Part shown: positions 1-9,261 of the stretch, piece after piece
How the letters are laid out: each line of letters opens with the position of its first letter
How positions within the stretch are numbered: the stretch's first letter is position 1
Origin: a virus
Lineage: Duplodnaviria > Caudoviricetes
Length of the DNA stretch: 59,842 nt
Reading direction: 5' to 3' (one strand)
IMG/VR virus record: IMGVR_UViG_3300030109_000604
Coordinates: 1 to 59,842 of that record
Translations under genes and position numbers: made by a program
The notes under the pieces: generated by a model
What the model saw: only the letters and a program-made list of their open reading frames with translations
What the model was told of the DNA's origin: nothing
Database searches by the model: none

Positions 1-269
1 GACGTGGCCTTCTCCCTCACAATTGGTACAAGTCCGTGTCCGGCACCCCTTCTCACTCAAAGCGTGTCCTTCCTAAATCTTTCTGAGTCCAGTTCTTTAT
101 AGCCTTCCTTGGCTGCGTCTCCGCTGCGCCTAGAATTTGTTCGCTGCTTGTAAAGTTGCAACAGTTCGTTGGCCTCACCTACGGGGTAGGTTAGAAGAAC
201 ATACACCCGAAAGAATGTATTGTGGGGAAGTATCTCCATCTCCTTCACGCTGTACCCTGCCACGTTCAC
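1..269. repeat. Terminal direct repeat, copy 1 (circular overlap)
   Basis: 1-269 aligns without gaps to 59574-59842 with 9 mismatches (positions 38, 51, 52, 55, 56, 86, 90, 161, 192). Confidence 0.95.
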
Positions 270-662
270 CTCACGCATAATGTTTTTGGTCACGCGCTCC
301 GTGTCTTGCAGCGTGGGTGGAGCCATGCCCTTCCCAGTTTCCGTGACGTAGTTCTTCACCTGAGAACTCAACCGCCCTTCAATGCGGTCCGCTAGTGTAC
401 GCTTGGCATTCAAAATACTCTTGTCGATTGCCAGTTGCAGATCGGGGGATGTCCCGCTGCCTACTGAGTGTATAGCGTTCTCCGATTGGGGCAGTTCAGT
501 GAACCAATCAGGTAGTTCCTCAATGGTATTTGATATCATCTCCCGACGCTGCTCGCGCTTCTCTTCCTGTTTCTTGAGGAAGGCTTCTGGAGAACCGGGC
601 TTTGGTGTTGAGCACCCCCCCAAGATCGCAATCAAACATGCGGTTCCAATCCATCTTCTCAT
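57..662 (-). CDS. LPP20-like lipoprotein
   Basis: Signal peptide with lipobox LGGC; WF...SVGSGTS.DLQLA.DK...NAKRTLADRI pattern typical of LPP20-family proteins. Confidence 0.75.
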   Translation of the reverse strand: MRRWIGTACLIAILGGCSTPKPGSPEAFLKKQEEKREQRREMISNTIEELPDWFTELPQSENAIHSVGSGTSPDLQLAIDKSILNAKRTLADRIEGRLSSQVKNYVTETGKGMAPPTLQDTERVTKNIMREVNVAGYSVKEMEILPHNTFFRVYVLLTYPVGEANELLQLYKQRTNSRRSGDAAKEGYKELDSERFRKDTL

Positions 663-850
663 CCCTGTTGCTCCTCATCTGATTTTCCAAACTGCAAGTG
701 GTGTACTATCTCTAGCAATTTCCGAATGTTTTCTAGGTGGTTCTTCTCAAACTTAGATCCTCTTGCAAGGATCGCGTACCTGACGCCCTCAACAAATCTT
801 TGTGCATCTTCAACGGGAAGACTGCACCATCTCTCATGGAAGTCACTCAT
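659..850 (-). CDS. hypothetical protein
   Basis: 63 aa, 4-bp overlaps with both neighbours, SD-like GGAGG upstream. Confidence 0.65.
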   Translation of the reverse strand: MSDFHERWCSLPVEDAQRFVEGVRYAILARGSKFEKNHLENIRKLLEIVHHLQFGKSDEEQQG

Positions 851-1053
851 TGCCGTGCCTCCTCGTCATCCTTTTCGAGTGCCTTATTTGCTAGCATGGC
901 ATAAAACTCCACGCCCTCACTAACAGCCGCAATGTCCCGTATCTCTGTCAACGCCTCGCGCAAGGCAGCAATGCGCCGCAATGCTGGACCTGATTCTTCC
1001 ACAGCAAACCTCCTATTAAATGCTTCCATGAACTCGTGATATATGTTGCTCAT
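847..1053 (-). CDS. hypothetical protein
   Basis: 68 aa, 4-bp overlaps with neighbours in the operon. Confidence 0.65.
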   Translation of the reverse strand: MSNIYHEFMEAFNRRFAVEESGPALRRIAALREALTEIRDIAAVSEGVEFYAMLANKALEKDDEEARQ

Positions 1054-2369
1054 ACCGCTTTCTTTTTAACATGCTTGGACCCGCGCCAGTTGCTGTCACC
1101 CTTGGTCAGTTCGTAATCGTGGGTGATGACACCCAGCGCTGGATCACCACGGTGGCATGACGTGCGCCACACCCGCTTCTTGGATTTCTTAATGAACATC
1201 CAATGCCCACGCACCTCATGGTATCGGCGCTGAGTCTTGGACTCCGCGAAGCTCTTCATAGTGACTTCGATTCCACGGTTCTTTGGTAGATCAATGGAGA
1301 TCACATGGTAGGCGTTGCCCCTCACGTAGTTGCCCCATCGCCGCTGTGATCCCTGCATGCGCCGAGTGGGTTCCTTGATCACCCAATCGTGATTGAGGAG
1401 CGCCATGACCGTAAGGATAAATCGTGGGTCACCCTCGCATACACTCATTCCTAGCTTAGAAACTTTACGCAAGTCATCAGGATTAAATTCTGACTCTGTG
1501 TTGATAAGCCAGTGTACGGCGTGAGTTTGAACAGGTCGAATGTGACCGATCAAAGCCATCACGTCTGATGGAACCTCATCTTCTTTATACTTACCATGCC
1601 CGCCCCACTTTCCCGGTGATATCTTCCCAGACCACCACCAATCTGATAATATATTTAAGGTCCCGGATGTATCGTTGGAATTAAGTTTTTCCAGTTCCTC
1701 TTCTGTAGGAAGGCGCCCTAAGAACGAGGCCCCTCGCATCCTGTCTTCTTCTTTGGTGTAACCCGTTTCCAGCTTCACGGTAAATCCAATTGGGCTTCCC
1801 ATGAGTATCTCTGGACTGTCAGGACCCTCGCTAGCCACATAAAAACATTGACCGACAAGGTAAGGAGATTCCATACGAGGGCCGCCATCTAAGGGTTCGG
1901 TACGGCCCAGCGTAGCCTTGTAGCCCACGATCTGATTAGGATCAGCAACATAATAGCCCACGCGCCGTGCTTGGCTCTGATGCAAAGGCCCGTTAGGCCC
2001 CTCATCTAAAAATTTTTTTGATCTCTCTATTACCTCTGGTCGAAACCTGTCGGGGTGATCAACGATAGTCTGGCTTATCGCTTCAACTCTCGTGATCTCA
2101 TCCCATTCAATCCAGTTGTGAGGGAACGGACATCTGACATAGTTCCTAATGAGGCTGATGCACTGCTCCGGTGTGATGAGCGTTGCCATCCTTGCGGCGA
2201 ATTGAACAAGCTCATCGTCCAGCACAAACTTTCTTGATGAGCGAACGGCATTACGCACTATCCGCATCGCTTCCTTTGCGGTGCTTGTGCGAAACTGATG
2301 AGCCAGCCCCCGCTTGGGGTTCCCCATCACAGCAATTAGATCGTCTGCAAGTGTGAAGTCCGGTTCCAT
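1050..2369 (-). CDS. phage protein of unknown function with C-terminal HEVRGHW...W...RGD motif
   Basis: 439-aa ORF with SD GGAGAGGG; the C-terminal motif resembles one recurring in phage hypothetical proteins. Confidence 0.75.
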   Translation of the reverse strand: MEPDFTLADDLIAVMGNPKRGLAHQFRTSTAKEAMRIVRNAVRSSRKFVLDDELVQFAARMATLITPEQCISLIRNYVRCPFPHNWIEWDEITRVEAISQTIVDHPDRFRPEVIERSKKFLDEGPNGPLHQSQARRVGYYVADPNQIVGYKATLGRTEPLDGGPRMESPYLVGQCFYVASEGPDSPEILMGSPIGFTVKLETGYTKEEDRMRGASFLGRLPTEEELEKLNSNDTSGTLNILSDWWWSGKISPGKWGGHGKYKEDEVPSDVMALIGHIRPVQTHAVHWLINTESEFNPDDLRKVSKLGMSVCEGDPRFILTVMALLNHDWVIKEPTRRMQGSQRRWGNYVRGNAYHVISIDLPKNRGIEVTMKSFAESKTQRRYHEVRGHWMFIKKSKKRVWRTSCHRGDPALGVITHDYELTKGDSNWRGSKHVKKKAV

Positions 2370-2380
2370 GGTCCCTCTCC

Positions 2381-3184
2381 TTATCTAACTAAGCGGTATG
2401 CCTTCCTCACATAACGCTTCTGGTTGTTCGGTATCTCCATTAGCTTCAAGTTAAAGTCTTCGATGGAGTATTCCTCTAGCAGTGCTAGCTTCTGCGGCGT
2501 CGTAAGGACGTGGATCACTTCCTCTATCTCATTCCCTGACAAGTCGGCAGGAAACCTAGCTACTATGGAATACTTATCCCCGATTGGGATTGGAGTTCTC
2601 CCTGTGATCTTACTATCTAGGTCAAACTCATTCGGAAAGATCAGCGTTAGTTTGTTCTCGTGATCCTCCAATAGAATGTTCACAAACATTTCTTGTGTCG
2701 GGTCCACGGTGATGACCAGCGGATCGCCATCCCGAAGCAAGGGATTGGATAAGTCCACCCGCACGTCGAAGTTCGGATCGGATGGCTCTGATCTTGAGGT
2801 GACCCGTGCTTCCAGTATCACCCTGCACACCCTCTGATCCTGTAGGTTCTCCGTCACCCTTACTGTGCGGTCCCGAATGCCACTGATGAGACCGTCCAAC
2901 ATCGACCAAGTGAAGGTGTGGATCGGGCAGTTAACCCTATCACCCTCTTCCTGACACGACATGAATGTATCTGATGAGACGTACTCCCCACTAAATGACT
3001 GGATAGCATTGAGCTTTGCTCTGCTCTCTGCCTTACGACAGGCTTCCGCTTCTGTGATCTCAGAATGAATCACGTAGTCACCTTTGCCGTAGACCCATTC
3101 ATCAAAGACCATGGGCTGCGCATCTGGTGTGTTGAGATCCAACACCAGACGCAACAGCCCTATCCCAACGCTCAAATATTCCAT
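2381..3184 (-). CDS. DUF4384-like protein (N-terminal LPP20/FlgT-like region plus C-terminal beta-sandwich)
   Basis: EACRKAESRAKLNAI N-terminal region; GDPLVITV...LTLIFPNEF C-terminal motif. Confidence 0.6.
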   Translation of the reverse strand: MEYLSVGIGLLRLVLDLNTPDAQPMVFDEWVYGKGDYVIHSEITEAEACRKAESRAKLNAIQSFSGEYVSSDTFMSCQEEGDRVNCPIHTFTWSMLDGLISGIRDRTVRVTENLQDQRVCRVILEARVTSRSEPSDPNFDVRVDLSNPLLRDGDPLVITVDPTQEMFVNILLEDHENKLTLIFPNEFDLDSKITGRTPIPIGDKYSIVARFPADLSGNEIEEVIHVLTTPQKLALLEEYSIEDFNLKLMEIPNNQKRYVRKAYRLVR

Positions 3185-3402
3185 GGTAACTCCATCTGAG
3201 CCGGTGGCTTAATGAAGTATTTAGCCACGGTCTTGCCTTTCGGTGTAACGTGGGGTTTGGTCTCGACCTCAATGCCCTTGGCGCGAATGTCTGCAATCCG
3301 AGCCGCCAGCCTGAGGCACCCAAAATTATTGAGTGCCTCAAGTGGTGTGATGGTGTGTCCTGCATTCAACCACTCAAGAATGTCAGATGTTTGGCTCATC
3401 AT
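3172..3402 (-). CDS. winged helix-turn-helix protein
   Basis: SQTSDILEWL..G.TITPLEAL..FGCLRLAARIADIRAKG motif of a common phage wHTH family. Confidence 0.8.
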   Translation of the reverse strand: MMSQTSDILEWLNAGHTITPLEALNNFGCLRLAARIADIRAKGIEVETKPHVTPKGKTVAKYFIKPPAQMELPWNI

Positions 3403-3598
3403 CCTCTCCCTTGAACGCTTGGTGATTGATCACAAAGTCTTCAATGACCTGCCGAAACAAGGTTGCTGACGTGACGTTCTGACTTGCCGACAGAAGGCGC
3501 ATGGCCTCCAAAAGATTGTTCGGCATCAGTACGCTGTACTTGGTGAACTCACCCTTGAGTTTGGCGGGACGGTTCAGCAGACTATTTGAGTCACTCAT
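3383..3598 (-). CDS. ribbon-helix-helix (CopG-like) DNA-binding protein
   Basis: KYSVLMP-helix-SATLFRQVIEDF; start reassigned to ATG 3598, which has an SD. Confidence 0.6.
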   Translation of the reverse strand: MSDSNSLLNRPAKLKGEFTKYSVLMPNNLLEAMRLLSASQNVTSATLFRQVIEDFVINHQAFKGEDDEPNI

Positions 3599-4049
3599 TA
3601 TTATTCCTTTCATATGCTTCACGGATTTCTTTGAATTTTCTCTGGGCCGACTTGTTCTCTTTCAGTTCAGACAACGAGCCGACATTGAGAGCGAAACGCA
3701 AACGATCTCGTGTTTGTTCCTCCTCGCTCCCGTCTAGGTTAGGAAGCGGCGCATCGTGTGCCTCTCCCCATGCGCTCATGTAGAATTGGAACGCTGGTTC
3801 ACGGCAGACAATTGATGCCGCCGCCACAAGGTTGACCTCCTTAGGTGCAACCGGTTCATCATGGTCATCTAGTTCGACCATCGCTACGCCGAAGCGTGTC
3901 GCAGTTGTGTGGGAGAGTAGCCCCACAGGTACGTCATTGGGATGGATCAGCAGCTTGATCACCACCCCGGTCTGCGCCTTCATGTTGTTCACGACACTGT
4001 GAAGCTGCGCTTCAAAACTAAATGTCGCATCACGAATCTCTGTCATCAT
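3591..4049 (-). CDS. hypothetical phage protein
   Basis: SD AAGGAG before ATG 4049; C..PAFQ.Y...LR..L.V.S.SEL motif. Confidence 0.65.
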   Translation of the reverse strand: MMTEIRDATFSFEAQLHSVVNNMKAQTGVVIKLLIHPNDVPVGLLSHTTATRFGVAMVELDDHDEPVAPKEVNLVAAASIVCREPAFQFYMSAWGEAHDAPLPNLDGSEEEQTRDRLRFALNVGSLSELKENKSAQRKFKEIREAYERNNNE

Positions 4050-4332
4050 TCCACTCCTTCCAGAACTTCTCAGCCCACTGAATTGGATTGCGATCCACGA
4101 TCTCCCAGTATTTCTTCTCGTCACCCTTCATGTGGAGCATGGTGTGACAAGACCGGCAAAGCGGCACCACCCAGTTATCTCCGACTTTCTTACCCATCGC
4201 ATTGGGTTCAGCATAGGTGACGTGATGAGCGTCACCACACCAAGGCGTTCTGCACGCCAGACATGGCAGTTGGCGAACGTGAGCAAGGTACTTCTTGTCA
4301 CGGACGCGCTGCCGTTTGAAGTTAGAGATCAT
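4030..4332 (-). CDS. DUF968 / HNH-like zinc-finger protein
   Basis: YLAHVRQLPCLAC...DAHH...MGKKVGDNWVVPLCRSCH; start reassigned to ATG 4332. Confidence 0.8.
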   Translation of the reverse strand: MISNFKRQRVRDKKYLAHVRQLPCLACRTPWCGDAHHVTYAEPNAMGKKVGDNWVVPLCRSCHTMLHMKGDEKKYWEIVDRNPIQWAEKFWKEWNDDRDS

Positions 4333-4654
4333 CGAAATCAATAATCTCAGAGGACTGCTCCTCAACAACTGGCGCAGGAGCCGCAGCAGGAGCCTCCCCA
4401 CGGCGCGGAGGATATTGAGTGCCACCTCCACCACTCTGTTCCTTGACTTTGTTAATCTTAATTTGAACATATTCAGTTCCATTTTTGGTGCGCTTGACCT
4501 CGCCGTTCATGAACAAAGTGACGTTCTCCCCGGTTGCGTTATAGGCCGCAACCAATGTGTCGATATCTTCCTTGCGGAAGCTGATGTCACCGGACCAAGC
4601 CTTCCACGACTCATGCTTGCCGCCACGGTTGTCGAAAAGATTTCCAATCGCCAT
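4322..4654 (-). CDS. putative single-stranded DNA-binding protein
   Basis: Beta-rich N-terminus, flexible linker, acidic tail (IIDFDDL); adjacent to the annealing-protein gene. Confidence 0.6.
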   Translation of the reverse strand: MAIGNLFDNRGGKHESWKAWSGDISFRKEDIDTLVAAYNATGENVTLFMNGEVKRTKNGTEYVQIKINKVKEQSGGGGTQYPPRRGEAPAAAPAPVVEEQSSEIIDFDDL

Positions 4655-5511
4655 TAGTTATTCTCCTTGCTGAGATCAGCTTTTCGCTGACTGATCTGTG
4701 TGATGTGAATGTGCTTCTTCAGTTCTGCACTATGTGAGTTCGCAATTGACTTGAAGAGAACCACGTTCTCCGTCGTGAACTTCTGCAATGCCTCAAGGTC
4801 CAAGGTCTTGAGGATGGCCGGAAAGTGTTTGTTCACGTAGGCCTCCTGATCTGTCAGGGAACAATCCTCAGGGAACACGAACTTGAGCGTGTCAACGTCA
4901 TCGAACCCATGGATGAGGTTGGCATCGCCGTCATAAACATTTTCATATCCATCGGTTTCGCTGACAGTTTCGAGTGTCGCGCCAAGCTCTTCTTCCACAG
5001 CCTTGACCACGGGGTTCTCCTTGGCTTGCTCCACCACCGACTTGGTTTTTGGTTTGGGCGGCGCTGGCTGCTCTGGCTCTGGCTTATCTTGTGGGGTGTA
5101 GTCCTCAAGATCTTCCCCGGCGTAAATGTGAAACCCAAGGCCGTGGTATCCAATGGCCTTGGTCATGCACCGTTGAAGTGCGGTGTTCACTTGAAACGAA
5201 TCGGGATCAACAACTGGCTTGTTGTTGTTGTTGAGGACCGGGAGGATTTCTGTAATGTCCAGACCTTCAACACTGACTGTAACCTTGACGTATGCAAATC
5301 CATGGGAGTCACGGGTGTACGGAACCATGGCTCCGTCGAGATCAAAGAAATGTTTCTCGAATGTGGCGCTTGGAAACTTGTCCTTCAGCGCACCCCATGC
5401 CCAAGCCCACGACAGGTAGTCGAGATTGCCCTTTGTCTGGCGGTGCTTGTCCACCTCCACCTTCACCTCATTTGCGGCCAAGGTTTCCCACGCCGTTTTC
5501 TTATTCGCCAT
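4654..5511 (-). CDS. single-strand annealing protein, DUF1071/Sak3 family
   Basis: LDYLSWAWAW...LPVLN..NKPV..PDSFQVNTALQRCMTKAI..HGLGFHIYAGEDL; start at ATG 5511. Confidence 0.85.
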   Translation of the reverse strand: MANKKTAWETLAANEVKVEVDKHRQTKGNLDYLSWAWAWGALKDKFPSATFEKHFFDLDGAMVPYTRDSHGFAYVKVTVSVEGLDITEILPVLNNNNKPVVDPDSFQVNTALQRCMTKAIGYHGLGFHIYAGEDLEDYTPQDKPEPEQPAPPKPKTKSVVEQAKENPVVKAVEEELGATLETVSETDGYENVYDGDANLIHGFDDVDTLKFVFPEDCSLTDQEAYVNKHFPAILKTLDLEALQKFTTENVVLFKSIANSHSAELKKHIHITQISQRKADLSKENN

Positions 5512-5864
5512 CAGTTGCTGCTCCAAAAAGATTTCAATCGTCTCCACCATTTTCTCGTGGAGGGTTCCTCAGTAATAGCGTTCGAGATGTTCAGCCGCTG
5601 CGGGTTTTTCAGTTGGCTCTCAATGAGCGCATCCATAGCCCCCATTGATTCCGTGATGGGTTTCTCAATGGGCACCTCAGCCCTAACCTCAAACGCCTCA
5701 GGATTTTTCTTTCGGTGATCCCGAACAATCTTATAGGCGTGATTTACAGAGATGTTGAAGGACTCTGCCAGCCCTTCAACGATGTATTTTCTGCCCATAG
5801 TTTTCTGAGCTATGAAGTTCTCGACCAGTAGCCGATCCCTCACAATTTTGTCTGCCTTCTTCAC
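5511..5864 (-). CDS. hypothetical protein, possible HTH
   Basis: GTG start overlapping the exonuclease stop (GTGA); LAESFNISVNHAYKIV is HTH-like. Confidence 0.5.
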   Translation of the reverse strand: MKKADKIVRDRLLVENFIAQKTMGRKYIVEGLAESFNISVNHAYKIVRDHRKKNPEAFEVRAEVPIEKPITESMGAMDALIESQLKNPQRLNISNAITEEPSTRKWWRRLKSFWSSN

Positions 5865-6748
5865 TTCTCTTCCTCCTGATGTTGAGTGCAGAATGGTGCT
5901 ACCTCGCAGTAGCGTTGGCAGCGCAGCGGTTCCGCTGGCCGATGTTCGACAACCCACTTGGGATTGTCCGTCTTAAATTCCTTGGCCTCATTTTCTGAAT
6001 CAAATACTCGCTTGGCACGGGCGCTTTCGGCAGTGGCCTTGACTGCCCACTTGTCGCCCCTCTTCCAGCGTTCTTCGTCAGTGCAGAGAGGCAACGAGTC
6101 GAGGGCATCAAAGGTAACCTCAGCCCCAAGGTGGGCCTGTACACGGCTCTCAAGCCACGCTAGGCGCTCTTCCTTGGGCCATATGGGTATGTCCACTATA
6201 ACCACGGGAGCATCCGGGTAATCAGCCTGACGATCTGCTTGTGCTGAGGAGTGGTCCCTGAGAATTGCGCAGATGGATAGCCGCGTGACAGGCAAGCCCT
6301 TGTTCTCTTCAACCAGATGAGCGTAAGCGTTCAGTTGCTCAGTCCATGAGGGCAGTGAGAATGAGTTTGGCATGGCAGAGATGGCACGGGTAACTTTGTA
6401 ATCCGTGATCTCAATGCCGAAGTCGGTGATCTCTTGTATGTCAATCGCGCCAGAGATGGTCTGCCCAGAAACTTCTGCGCTGAGACGCTCTTCTTTAATG
6501 ATGGCGTTCGATCCAGCATCCCCGTCCTCTAATATCGTATGCACGGCGGAACCAAAAAGTTTCCAAAAGGAATCCGACACGTCCTCTTCTAAATCCTTCC
6601 AATGCTTCTTGGTCAGCAAGGCAATACGAGGTGGCTTCTGTAAGCCCGTCACGCTCATCCACGCATCGCCTTTAGAGTACCGGCCTTGCGATACCCGCAG
6701 CGCGTCGGCTATAGTGGACGGCAAGTTCTTTTTGTTAGTAATCTTCAT
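5861..6748 (-). CDS. PD-(D/E)XK Cas4-like exonuclease
   Basis: FGSAVH, ISGAID, DYK and QLNAY motifs plus Cys cluster (C...RC.RYC...FC); start ATG 6748 after a purine-rich SD. Confidence 0.85.
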   Translation of the reverse strand: MKITNKKNLPSTIADALRVSQGRYSKGDAWMSVTGLQKPPRIALLTKKHWKDLEEDVSDSFWKLFGSAVHTILEDGDAGSNAIIKEERLSAEVSGQTISGAIDIQEITDFGIEITDYKVTRAISAMPNSFSLPSWTEQLNAYAHLVEENKGLPVTRLSICAILRDHSSAQADRQADYPDAPVVIVDIPIWPKEERLAWLESRVQAHLGAEVTFDALDSLPLCTDEERWKRGDKWAVKATAESARAKRVFDSENEAKEFKTDNPKWVVEHRPAEPLRCQRYCEVAPFCTQHQEEEK

Positions 6749-6767
6749 CTCTCTTCTCCCGTAGGCA

Positions 6768-6796
6768 GAAATAGGATGGTCTGTTCGGAATGTCAA
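6768..6796 (-). promoter_or_regulatory. putative sigma70 promoter of the leftward recombination operon
   Basis: TTGACA-N17-TATTTC on the minus strand, about 20 nt before the exonuclease start. Confidence 0.55.
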
Positions 6797-7140
6797 CCAT
6801 TAAATTTACAGCCTTAGGAGAACCCGCATCGAAGTCCAACAGTCGCCGTATTGTTTTCAACGGTTCACGCCCACGGGTGATCAAATCAGCGAAGGCACTC
6901 AATTATGTGAGGACCTTTCAAATGCAGTGCCCTCGCCTTGACCCATTGTTGGAAGGCGACCTCAAGATCGACATGACAATTTATTACGCAACACGCCGCC
7001 CAGACTTGGACGAATCGGTGGTGCTGGATGCAATGCAAGACCTGATCTACAGGAACGACAGGCAAATCAAAGAGAAACATATCTGCTGGGGGCTGGACCG
7101 GGACAACCCCCGTGTGGAGATCGAAATCAATGCGCGGTGA
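6790..7140 (+). CDS. rusA: RusA-like Holliday junction resolvase
   Basis: GEPASKSNSRR...RRPDLD...LDAMQ..IY.NDRQI...DNPRVEI. Confidence 0.85.
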   Translation: MSTIKFTALGEPASKSNSRRIVFNGSRPRVIKSAKALNYVRTFQMQCPRLDPLLEGDLKIDMTIYYATRRPDLDESVVLDAMQDLIYRNDRQIKEKHICWGLDRDNPRVEIEINAR

Positions 7141-7444
7141 AAGCCGATTGTGGGGGGAGGTTTTACTTCTCGCAATCAATGACGTTGCGCGATCTCGCAC
7201 CACCAGAGAGATGGCTGAGGCAGTTGCTTGGTTCAAGTCAAGCCATTGCGAGGACATATGCTTTTTGTTGGGGTGTGATCCTCAGGTTCTGCGCAAGACC
7301 ATTGTGGATCTCGCCCGCCGCAGCCCAGCCCAACGAAAATTTTGGATGGAAAAAATAAAAGAGGACCTAAGAGGGGGGCCAGCGACAGACCTCGGAGGAT
7401 CAAGGGTTGCTCCTGTCGCCAGCCCTCACCATGGAATAAGTTGA
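7130..7444 (+). CDS. hypothetical phage protein
   Basis: LWGEVLLLAIND...WF.S..C..IC...G.DP pattern; overlaps the rusA end. Confidence 0.55.
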   Translation: MRGESRLWGEVLLLAINDVARSRTTREMAEAVAWFKSSHCEDICFLLGCDPQVLRKTIVDLARRSPAQRKFWMEKIKEDLRGGPATDLGGSRVAPVASPHHGIS

Positions 7445-7497
7445 TCCTTAAACTATGGTGTGCTAAATGGCAAGTGGGAAGTTGAGAGAGGTACACC

Positions 7498-9261
7498 ATG
7501 GGACTCAATGAAGAAATTATTTCACGTACACTACCATTCCAATCGAAGCTCAATCAAAATATTAGAATCACCTGTCCATCCTGTAGCCATAAGCGGAAGG
7601 GAAGGAACCAGCGTGAGCCGGTTCTGTCGGTCCTGATCAAGAGTGATCGACTGATATATGATTGCAAGCACTGCGGTATCAACGGGTGCGCCCCCCTCAC
7701 CACCACACCACCACGCCCACGCCTCAGTCGAGAGGCACGTCAGGTTGCTGAGGACGGCAAGCTAGGCAGGGTTAGCAGGGAGTACCTCACAGCAAGCCGG
7801 AAGATCGACACGCAGGTGCTTGAAAAGTTTGGGGTATTCAGCACTCAGAAGTTCTTTCCGAAGCTAGAGAAGTCAGTCGAAGCAATTGGGTTTCCGTATT
7901 TTGAAGACGGGGAAATATATGCCACCAAGTTTCGGGCTGTAACTGACAAGGCGCACACCCAAGATGGCGGCGGCGCATCGACGCTGTTCGGTCAGCACCT
8001 GATCAACGGGGAGACTACGTTGACAGTATGCGAAGGGGAGGTGGATGCACTCTCGCTTTGGTCGGCGTCCATTGCCAGCGTGTCGGTGCCGAATGGTGCG
8101 CCGCAAAAAATATCAGAGAACAAGGTTGACCCCAGCGAGGATAAGAAGTTCAGCTATGTCTGGAATGCTCGTGATCTTTTTGCTCGCATGGACAAGGTGG
8201 TTCTTGCAGTTGATGGGGATCAGTCCGGTGCAGCCTTGGCAGAGGAACTCGCAAGGCGAATCGGTAAGGCCAAATGCTGGCTGGTCGAGTGGCCGAATGA
8301 TTGCAAGGATGCCAATGATGTTCTTGTGAAGCACGGGCCTGAGGTTCTCAGGGATGCTGTGGAGAGCGCCACACCATATCCTTTGTCAGGCCTCAACAGC
8401 GCCGATCATTACGATGACGAGGTGGACAGGCTCTATCGGGAGGGGGTTGTCAAGGGGGAGACCACGGGGTTCCCATCGGTTGATGAGATTTACACGGTCA
8501 AGACGGGCATGGTCACGGTGGTCACGGGCATCCCGTCGAGCGGCAAGTCCAGCTTCCTTGATCATGTCATGGTGAACCTAGCCAAGGCCAAGGATTGGAA
8601 GTTTGCAATCTGCTCGTTTGAGAATGATCCATCCACTCACATTACTCAGTTGATTGAAAAGTATAGCGGCAAGCCGTTCTTCTCTGGCCCCACACCAAGG
8701 CTTGATGAGCGGTTGCTTCAAGAGTCGAAGGCGTTTGTGAAGGATCATTTTTGTTTCATTGACAACAATGATGGGGAGAAGGCCACGCTTGCCAGCGTTT
8801 TGGACCGGGCATCGGGGGCCGTGCAAAGGATGGGGGTGAGGGGGCTGATCATAGATCCCTTTTCTTATCTTGCGCTCCCTGACAAGTCGAAGAGTGAGAC
8901 GCAGCAGATCAGCGATATGCTTACGGACGTGAGGATGTTCGCCAAGCTGCACGATATTCACGTCTGGTTTGTCGCGCACCCTGCCAAGATGCGGAGGGAG
9001 GAGGGGGCCACGCCAATACCCAAGGGGTATGACCTCAGCGGTTCGGCACACTGGTTCAACTTTGCCGACGTTGGATTGACGGTGGCGCGGTTCGCTGACC
9101 AACACCAGAACCGTGAGCGTGTGAAAATTATATGTTGGAAAATGAGGTACCGCTGGCTTGGCTCTCAGGGTGAGCGTGTCCTAGATTTCGACGTACCATC
9201 GGGGTGTTATTATGAAGAGCAAACGGAAGTCCAAGCAATCCAGCATTGGTCCGACACCTGA
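7498..9261 (+). CDS. T7 gp4/Twinkle-like DNA primase-helicase
   Basis: Zn ribbon CPSC...CKHC, TOPRIM EGEVD/DGD/KDAND, Walker A GIPSSGKS, IIDP, VAHP.K, SGSAHW. Confidence 0.95.
   Translation: MGLNEEIISRTLPFQSKLNQNIRITCPSCSHKRKGRNQREPVLSVLIKSDRLIYDCKHCGINGCAPLTTTPPRPRLSREARQVAEDGKLGRVSREYLTASRKIDTQVLEKFGVFSTQKFFPKLEKSVEAIGFPYFEDGEIYATKFRAVTDKAHTQDGGGASTLFGQHLINGETTLTVCEGEVDALSLWSASIASVSVPNGAPQKISENKVDPSEDKKFSYVWNARDLFARMDKVVLAVDGDQSGAALAEELARRIGKAKCWLVEWPNDCKDANDVLVKHGPEVLRDAVESATPYPLSGLNSADHYDDEVDRLYREGVVKGETTGFPSVDEIYTVKTGMVTVVTGIPSSGKSSFLDHVMVNLAKAKDWKFAICSFENDPSTHITQLIEKYSGKPFFSGPTPRLDERLLQESKAFVKDHFCFIDNNDGEKATLASVLDRASGAVQRMGVRGLIIDPFSYLALPDKSKSETQQISDMLTDVRMFAKLHDIHVWFVAHPAKMRREEGATPIPKGYDLSGSAHWFNFADVGLTVARFADQHQNRERVKIICWKMRYRWLGSQGERVLDFDVPSGCYYEEQTEVQAIQHWSDT

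Noticed and set aside
4825-5718. 297-aa plus-strand ORF
   Set aside because: Antisense shadow of the well-supported SSAP gene; no recognisable motifs.
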